IMG/VR virus record: IMGVR_UViG_2894625894_000003
Span: 1 to 64,000 of that record
Strand: one strand, 5' to 3'
Length of the DNA: 64,000 nucleotides
Source: a virus
Lineage: Duplodnaviria; Caudoviricetes
Below, piece after piece: positions 57,435 to 64,000 of the stretch. Both the position numbers and the translations under genes were made by a program. The notes below the pieces were generated by a model that was given only the letters and a program-made list of their open reading frames with translations, did not search any database and had not been told where the DNA came from. Every line of letters begins with the position of its first letter. Position 1 is the stretch's first letter.

Positions 57435-60400
57435 CAGGCAGGGGTTGAGCAGTCATTGATCTGCTGGTCAGTATCCGAGAGGGGTGGCTGGGGGGCCATC
57501 TCAGCTTTCTGGCTGAGGGCGGTGACGGTTTGCCGGTTTCTTGACAGAGCGACGTATTTGAGAGCGTTCTGTTCGTTGAGGTAGGGCTGGCCTTTGGATT
57601 GGATAACCCGGTCGGCCTGGGTATTCTCCAGGTTGTCGTAGTCCACAAAGGTATGACTATAGGTAGACCCTTGTGATTTGTGTACCGTAACTGCGTAACC
57701 GTAATCGATATTTTTCTCAAAAACGGCCTTCTGGGGTTCCCGTTCGAAAGGCATCATGCCCGTGGCATCCTTTTCGAAGAGTTCAGGGTGCTGTTTACGA
57801 AGCATACCCATCGTCGTCATCTGCCCTCGGAAACTAACCAGATCCTGGGGCATCTGGTAGGTCGAGAAGAAATCATCGAAATCCTTACTGGCCGCCTGCC
57901 GGAACTTCCAGGGAACGGACCGGTTGTCGACAAAGGACTTCCAGGCCACCAGCTGGCGAAACAGAGGTATGTTGTCGGGATCCTCCGGGTTGAGTATTGT
58001 CACCCGGCTGGGTTTGAGCAAGTCATCCTCCCCCAGCTCCCGCATCAGGGCCTGATCCTCGGGCGTAAACAGGGGCTGCAAGCTGACCTTATAGCCTGAC
58101 AAAGACACTTTAGGAGCCGGTTGGCCGTCGATCAGAAACGGAATCCGGATTTCTTTCTGGATGTATTCCGATTCAAGAATCTGGTAGTCCATACCATTCT
58201 GGACTTCAGGGTTTTCGCCAGACTGGTTGTAGCCCATCAGAATGTCCCCTACTGCATACTCACCCGTCTTACCCTGCACAGTCCGAATCAACCGGTTATA
58301 AGCGGCTACCGAGGAATTGGTATAGCTGAGCACTTTGGCAAAAAGAGGGTCCGTCTGGTAGCTGGTCGAGGTAAAGGCCCGCTCCAGAGCCTGCTGGAAG
58401 GCATTCCGGTTTTTGGTAAAATACACCCCGTCTCCATTGCTGGCCTTTTGGGTGTACATCGGATACTTCTCGGCCCGGTTCAATAGGTTCTGCCGGATAG
58501 TCGTCAAAATACCAAGCTGAGGGTTTTCTGAGGAAATCCGTTTAACCTCCGTCAGCTCAACCCCGTCCTGGGGACCCGTAAACTGTAGGGCATCCGAGAG
58601 GGTTGTCTGCCCTACGGGAGGGAGCTGAGCCGGATCCCCCATGAAGATAATGCTGGAGCCTTTCTGGCGGGCCAGCATCATCAGGTCGTCGTAGTCCGAA
58701 CGGGCAATCATGGACGATTCATCCATAATCAGAATACCATTCTGGGGCATCTTGTTATTCATGCCCAATACCCACTGACCGTCTTCCTTGCGTTTATTGA
58801 GAATCTTGGCCATCGTAAACGATTCGGCCCGAATACCACCCCGCAGCATGGACAACTTGAGAATCAACCGGGCTTTGTGGGTAGGGGCTCCCAGCATGAT
58901 CGGTTTAAAGCCGGATTTCTTATTCTGCCGGAAGTACTGAACAATAAACTTGGAGATTGTCGACTTACCTGTACCGGCATACCCCCGTAAAACGAACTGG
59001 GTTTGTCCCGCCTTGATCGCATCGACAGCCGCCTGGAGGGCAGCTCCCTGCTGGGATCCCAGTTCAAAGCCTGTCTCGATTACCGTTCCATCGGTAAAGG
59101 TGAACACCGGTCCCGAGGGTGTTTTAGCGGAAGCCGTTTCGGTTTCGGGCTGACCGGCCGTTTGTGGATTCTGCCCATTATTTTCATTATAGGCATCTAC
59201 AACTTTCTGAACCCGGGCTTTAAACTTGGTATGGGTCTCCCCCGCTCCCTGGTTCAGTAATGCATCAAAGGCCCGGTTGTTTTCGTCGAGGAGTACGTCC
59301 ACTTTCTGACCATAGTAGTTGTAGGTGACCGTAGTGGTTTTAGGTTCGTCCATTTTAGGAGCTTCCACTACTGGTACTTCCTTCGGCTCAACCGGTTTCC
59401 CAACCGTGTTAGCCGTCTTGGTCAGTACGTCCCGAATGGCCTGACGACCCGACTCCTTGAGATCCCGTGAGCCTATACCCGCAAAGTTTTTGGTCAGTGT
59501 GGGGGTAACTGTCGGCTCCCAGGTCCGGGTGGCAGGGTTCCAGGTATTCCAGTTCCCCGCCGTCTGGTCAAACACATATACCGGTTTTTTATCCAGTATG
59601 GCCCCGTAGATAGCATAGATCGTACCTCGGTCCAGCGGGACATTAGTACGACCCGCCCGGGTACCAAAGCCTTTCGAGATGGCAAAGACAGCGTCCGAAT
59701 AATACACCTGGCCATAATTTCGATACCGGTAGTGACCGTAACCCCGGTCGACATTTTCCCCAAAGAACTTGTCGATGGTATCAGCTACCTCTTTCCCCCG
59801 GGCATAGATAGCTTCATCCAGTGGGGTAGCCTTCCGACCTTTGTTACGTAGGGTCATTGAATCGACCGATCCCTGTCCAGGCTCCCGGTAGTGAATCGAC
59901 TTTATACCCAGTCGTTCTCCTTCCAGATCCCAGGCCTCATCAGCCCCCTGAGCCCCACCACTGTGGTTGACAAAGTCTGTTAATACCGCATCCACAGTAG
60001 GAACCGGAGTTGTGGGGACCTCCACCAGATCTGTTCCTAACACACTCCGGTAATAGTTACGGATGGGCTCCCCACCTGGTGACTGAATCCAGTGTCGAAG
60101 TAGCTTTCGGGACTCTTCCATCGGCTGGGGATCCGTAGTGACTGGACTCACGGCCCGTACTCCCAGTGGAACACTCTGCAGATAAACCGCCCGGTACCCT
60201 TTTGCTAGTTCACTACCAGCTGCATCGGCTTTTTGCTGACTGCCAGCCGTATCGTAGTAGCGGAATAGCTCGTATACCCGATCTCTATAGGTAATGGTTC
60301 GGGGGAAAGCGACACCCTCCACATCACCCCGCAGACCCAGGCTGTTGATCAATGGTACTTTCTGGTTTTCGTTTTCGGCCGCTATCAGGGGGTTCATGTC

Positions 60401-63400
60401 AAAAGCCAGCATCGAGGGCCGGGTTTTACCCCGCAGATTCATGGGCTGCCCGTCCATACTGTAACCCGTCAACATCTTGTAGGCTTCCACCTTTTTGGCT
60501 AGTTCCGAATCGGCACGGGGTAGCCGGGTTTTCTGTAGCAGGGGTATGTAGCCGGCGTGGAGTTTCACCCGGTTGAGCAACTGATCTTCGTAGACCTCAT
60601 TGGGTTTGCCCGTAATAGAAGCCAGGCTCCCTGTTTCCATAAACCGGTTCAGCATCTGGCTCAGATCCGAGAACATGGCCGTATGAAAGATCTTGGAAAT
60701 ACTACCCATCCGAAACTGCCCCCCATCCTTCATCATAAAATAGTAGAACAGCTGGTGGGCCAGGCGGGGGCCTACATACCCCTCTTCGGCCGTATTCTTA
60801 TACTGATATAGATCAACGAAGGCATCCATCAACCCCTCCTGCTCTTCGGGCCGGAGTTTGGCAATCGAGTCGAACTTGAGTGTATCAACCCCGTCGGCCT
60901 CCGAGCCGAACTGACTGATGACCTTACGGAATAGTAGGTTTCCCCGTAACGGATGCTGAAAAGGTATTCCGGTATCGGCTTCCGCTACCAGACCCGGCTC
61001 CAGCTCTGTTCGGTAAAAATCCGACCAGGCCCGGGCCATCGTGGGTTCGTCTCCCGTTTGGAAAACCAGACTGGCTTTAAAACTCGTCGATGGATGGGCC
61101 GGTGAATCCTGCTGGCTCAGCCAGTGACTGTAGAGGGTAGTCAGTAGGTAACTCTCCACGTCATCGGCAACTCGTTCCCGGTCGGTCGTTGACAAATAGC
61201 CCAACTGCCCCTCAAGCCGTTGCTGGAAGCCGACAAAGGCGGGTGTTCGGCGGAGGAACAACTGCTGCTGAAGGGCCTGCTGACCGGGAAGAATCCGGCG
61301 GATGTAGTTGTGCAGCTGGGCCGCTTTTTGCTTATTTACCGGCGCTTCCAGGGCATCGGCTACCCAGACGGCACGGCTGTTTTTATACTCCTCATAATCC
61401 TCCCGCAGGCTGCCGTCCTGGTTGTAGCCGAGGTTAGCCCGGCTGGTAACCAGGTTATCAAAACTAGCCATATCCGAGCCGAAGCCTTTCTTGAGTTTGA
61501 CAAACCGGGTTAGATCCGACAGATGATTATTCATCGTTTCCAGGTTGACATAGTCAAACAGGATCTGAGCTTCCAGGCCCGGATTACCCAGTGGGTTCAC
61601 GCCCAGCTGTTGATAGTCTGTAGCGGGCACCGACGTTCCAGCCCGGTTGGCCAGCAGTAGGCCGGTTAGCTGATCAGTCGTATAGGTCAGCTCATGGTCC
61701 TGGAAGGGAGTATCCCCCAGTAGCTCGGATAACAGTTTCTGACGGCTCTGTATCCGTAGACTGGATTCAGAGTCTCGCAGGACGGCATAGTCCTTAAGTC
61801 GGGAAGCCTGTAGATACCGTTGTATCACCGGTTGGTTGACAAACAGCAGGGCCTCTTTCAACGAATACTGCCCCGTGGCAATGAGCTGGATAACCACCCC
61901 CTGAGAGGAGTCAGTCAGACCGAAAAAGGCATTGAGCTGCTCCTTGGCCTCGTCGGTATCCGCCGTGATGATCGTCGAAATCAAATCGAAGACCCGGGTC
62001 ATCCGGCTGGGATCCGTAGCGTCTTTGGTCATGGGCTGAAACAGAGCCCCACCCCGGGCCAGCGCCTGGGTTTTAAACCCGTTCAGCCGGGGTAAAAAGT
62101 TTGGGTTGATCACCACACCCAGATCCATAGCCCGGATCAGCGTCAGGTTCCCGTTTACCCCGATACCGATTAACCCTTTTCCCGTCATATTACCCCGGTG
62201 AACCCGGCTGTGGGCACCAAACCAGTGCAGGGCAATGGGCTGGCTGGTCTGCCCAAACAAACTGTGCTTACGGCCTTCCGTATCCGTATAGGCACTATCC
62301 TTCAATTCATTAAGGGCATCTAAACTAGCTGGTGTATTGTAGATGGCGTCACCATCCAGACCACCCAGTGTCTGGGTATTAACCAGCGCCTGCTGCTGAA
62401 GAGCCAGTAACTGGTTGTTGACCCAACCATTGTTGAGTAGGTTCCCTCCTTTTTCCAGCCAGTCGGTAACGTTAGTCGGCAAACCAAACTCGGCCATAAT
62501 TATATTCTCCTGCTGGCGAATTAAGGAGGACAACTCCCGGGTGGGCTCCAGCAGCTGCCGGCGGACATCGTTCAATATCGACAGCGTCTGGTAGGCATCC
62601 CGTTTGTCGGCCGAGAGGGCAAACAAAAACTGTCGATCGTCCCGATCCAGTTCACCATCCAGATCCAGCAGCCGGGTCATGGACTCTTTTATCTGTTGGA
62701 TTTCCTGATAACCGGCCTGACTGGCTCCTTTGATCTGATCCAGTTGAAACCGGAAGTCAGCCACCCGTTGTTGTAGGGTCTGGTACAAGGGGGTGTCCAG
62801 CAGGGCTTTTTTCCGTAGACTGGTCAACACCTTGGTATGGGAAAAAACATACTTCCGGTAGTCTTCGTAATTACCCTCATCGGTGGGCTGGGTACCGTAG
62901 GCTACGAATTGACCGGCTTTCCAATACCCTTCCGTTTTTAAGGTGTACTCTTTATCCACGTCAAAGTCACCCCCCGACAGTTCCACAACCTCAGCTGGCA
63001 GAATGATCGATGAGCCCAGGTAGTGAGGCAAGGCATCGACCCACTCCATGTTCATGGCCGAGTGCTTATCCTGGGAAGGAATCCGGATACCGACCATATC
63101 CCGAAGGGCCTCTTCCCGGCCCGTCATCCGGGCTTCCCAAGGCGGCAACAGCATTTCCGAGAAATAGCCTGTAACAGCGCCAGCCTCCCAGCGAGGCTTG
63201 ACATGTCGTAGCCGGTCGATAATATACGGATTACCCGATTCGATAGCCTGCCGGGCAGTAATATACCAATCCCCGCTCTGTTCAGATTCCGTGCCTGCCC
63301 AGCTGGCATTCAGCTTGCCGTCTGTATAGGTATGGAAAAACCGTTTATCGGACAACTCAGTAGTTTGTATTCCCGACATACTCAGCCGGTAGTAATCCGG

Positions 63401-64000
63401 ATCATCTTCCCGAATGACATCCCAACTGATATGGGGCCGGCCCTGACTATCCAAAACGGGTTGACCACTGGCATCGGTAACGTAGCGGAGTTTCTTGAGC
63501 AGCTTGTGCCCGTAGGAGCTCACGTGAGCCGGGGCATCACCTGCCCGCTTGTGGCTCAGTACCTCTTTGGTGAAATGAGAAAAGAACTGGGCTACGAACT
63601 TATCGCGGCTCAGGGGCATATTCAGATTGAATTGCCGGGCGGGGTCGAAAAATTCGACGAGTTGTTTATCCCCTCCCGAAGCCAGCAGACCCTGCACCGC
63701 TTTTTCCTTGAAGCGGTCGAGCCGGATTTCCAGCTCCCCGTTCACCTCCCCCGTCACCAGCGTTTTCCAGGCCAGCTCGTAGGCATTTTTATCCCGAGCC
63801 GTCTGCAGCTGCTGCCAGAGTTTGCCCACTTCCAACGCTTTAATGGGTTTGCCCTGGTAGTGAACCACCAGTTCCCCTTTCAGCTCGTTGAGGGTAATTT
63901 CCAGCATCTGGGTCGGATCGACAATCTTGGTTTTACCAGAAGGGTTGTCAGTCTGCAGCCCGTAAAAATTGGCATCGATCAAATTGACGTGGTGGCTGGA
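57434..64000 (-). CDS. giant virion RNA polymerase fused to SLOG-like and RecD/Dda-like SF1 helicase domains (5'-truncated by the window)
   Basis: GIRIPSQDKHS and SGGDFDVDK (DFDVD at 62954-62968); NHSGGAQGAD; GYAGTGKS, APTHKA, DESSM, GDPAQLPPV, TVHKSQGSTY, YVALSR; frame open to 64000. Confidence 0.88.
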   Translation of the reverse strand, partial: SSHHVNLIDANFYGLQTDNPSGKTKIVDPTQMLEITLNELKGELVVHYQGKPIKALEVGKLWQQLQTARDKNAYELAWKTLVTGEVNGELEIRLDRFKEKAVQGLLASGGDKQLVEFFDPARQFNLNMPLSRDKFVAQFFSHFTKEVLSHKRAGDAPAHVSSYGHKLLKKLRYVTDASGQPVLDSQGRPHISWDVIREDDPDYYRLSMSGIQTTELSDKRFFHTYTDGKLNASWAGTESEQSGDWYITARQAIESGNPYIIDRLRHVKPRWEAGAVTGYFSEMLLPPWEARMTGREEALRDMVGIRIPSQDKHSAMNMEWVDALPHYLGSSIILPAEVVELSGGDFDVDKEYTLKTEGYWKAGQFVAYGTQPTDEGNYEDYRKYVFSHTKVLTSLRKKALLDTPLYQTLQQRVADFRFQLDQIKGASQAGYQEIQQIKESMTRLLDLDGELDRDDRQFLFALSADKRDAYQTLSILNDVRRQLLEPTRELSSLIRQQENIIMAEFGLPTNVTDWLEKGGNLLNNGWVNNQLLALQQQALVNTQTLGGLDGDAIYNTPASLDALNELKDSAYTDTEGRKHSLFGQTSQPIALHWFGAHSRVHRGNMTGKGLIGIGVNGNLTLIRAMDLGVVINPNFLPRLNGFKTQALARGGALFQPMTKDATDPSRMTRVFDLISTIITADTDEAKEQLNAFFGLTDSSQGVVIQLIATGQYSLKEALLFVNQPVIQRYLQASRLKDYAVLRDSESSLRIQSRQKLLSELLGDTPFQDHELTYTTDQLTGLLLANRAGTSVPATDYQQLGVNPLGNPGLEAQILFDYVNLETMNNHLSDLTRFVKLKKGFGSDMASFDNLVTSRANLGYNQDGSLREDYEEYKNSRAVWVADALEAPVNKQKAAQLHNYIRRILPGQQALQQQLFLRRTPAFVGFQQRLEGQLGYLSTTDRERVADDVESYLLTTLYSHWLSQQDSPAHPSTSFKASLVFQTGDEPTMARAWSDFYRTELEPGLVAEADTGIPFQHPLRGNLLFRKVISQFGSEADGVDTLKFDSIAKLRPEEQEGLMDAFVDLYQYKNTAEEGYVGPRLAHQLFYYFMMKDGGQFRMGSISKIFHTAMFSDLSQMLNRFMETGSLASITGKPNEVYEDQLLNRVKLHAGYIPLLQKTRLPRADSELAKKVEAYKMLTGYSMDGQPMNLRGKTRPSMLAFDMNPLIAAENENQKVPLINSLGLRGDVEGVAFPRTITYRDRVYELFRYYDTAGSQQKADAAGSELAKGYRAVYLQSVPLGVRAVSPVTTDPQPMEESRKLLRHWIQSPGGEPIRNYYRSVLGTDLVEVPTTPVPTVDAVLTDFVNHSGGAQGADEAWDLEGERLGIKSIHYREPGQGSVDSMTLRNKGRKATPLDEAIYARGKEVADTIDKFFGENVDRGYGHYRYRNYGQVYYSDAVFAISKGFGTRAGRTNVPLDRGTIYAIYGAILDKKPVYVFDQTAGNWNTWNPATRTWEPTVTPTLTKNFAGIGSRDLKESGRQAIRDVLTKTANTVGKPVEPKEVPVVEAPKMDEPKTTTVTYNYYGQKVDVLLDENNRAFDALLNQGAGETHTKFKARVQKVVDAYNENNGQNPQTAGQPETETASAKTPSGPVFTFTDGTVIETGFELGSQQGAALQAAVDAIKAGQTQFVLRGYAGTGKSTISKFIVQYFRQNKKSGFKPIMLGAPTHKARLILKLSMLRGGIRAESFTMAKILNKRKEDGQWVLGMNNKMPQNGILIMDESSMIARSDYDDLMMLARQKGSSIIFMGDPAQLPPVGQTTLSDALQFTGPQDGVELTEVKRISSENPQLGILTTIRQNLLNRAEKYPMYTQKASNGDGVYFTKNRNAFQQALERAFTSTSYQTDPLFAKVLSYTNSSVAAYNRLIRTVQGKTGEYAVGDILMGYNQSGENPEVQNGMDYQILESEYIQKEIRIPFLIDGQPAPKVSLSGYKVSLQPLFTPEDQALMRELGEDDLLKPSRVTILNPEDPDNIPLFRQLVAWKSFVDNRSVPWKFRQAASKDFDDFFSTYQMPQDLVSFRGQMTTMGMLRKQHPELFEKDATGMMPFEREPQKAVFEKNIDYGYAVTVHKSQGSTYSHTFVDYDNLENTQADRVIQSKGQPYLNEQNALKYVALSRNRQTVTALSQKAEMAPQPPLSDTDQQINDCSTPA

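Noticed and set aside
1-64000. Stop-codon reassignment as in some crAss-like phages
   Set aside because: Long genes are intact in the standard code, and TAA, TAG and TGA all end genes at sensible positions.

Overview
The window is an internal 64 kb segment of a large dsDNA phage with crAss-like (Crassvirales-type) organisation, read in the standard genetic code. The host is inferred to be Bacteroidota from TAnnTTTG-type promoters, the general absence of Shine-Dalgarno sequences and Gln-after-cleavage signal peptides. Positions 1-43280 (+ strand) carry replication and accessory genes: family A DNA polymerase, a frameshifted TopoVI-A-like TOPRIM gene, SF2 helicase, DnaB-like helicase, Sak4-like ATPase, SSB, primase, GIY-YIG and LAGLIDADG nucleases, rIIA/rIIB, DUF932, GP88, a DUF4942 methyltransferase, PAPS reductase, a degenerate UNG, MazG-like proteins and many small ORFs. 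Twin terminators at about 43300-43370 separate this arm from the convergent virion module (43382-64000, - strand). That module holds two SGNH esterases, collagen-like, head-spike and Gly-rich fibre proteins, a 1518-aa cargo-like protein, and a 5'-truncated giant virion RNA polymerase (DFDVD motif) fused to a SLOG-like domain and a RecD/Dda helicase. The most unusual signals are three virion-module proteins with Sec signal peptides followed by Gln, a shared N-terminal coiled-coil motif in four small fibre-region proteins, structured RNA leaders that end just before start codons, a QLGLF clamp-like motif in PolA, and a three-gene paralog array. No tRNA or CRISPR array was seen. All family calls come from motif recognition by eye, not from database searches.
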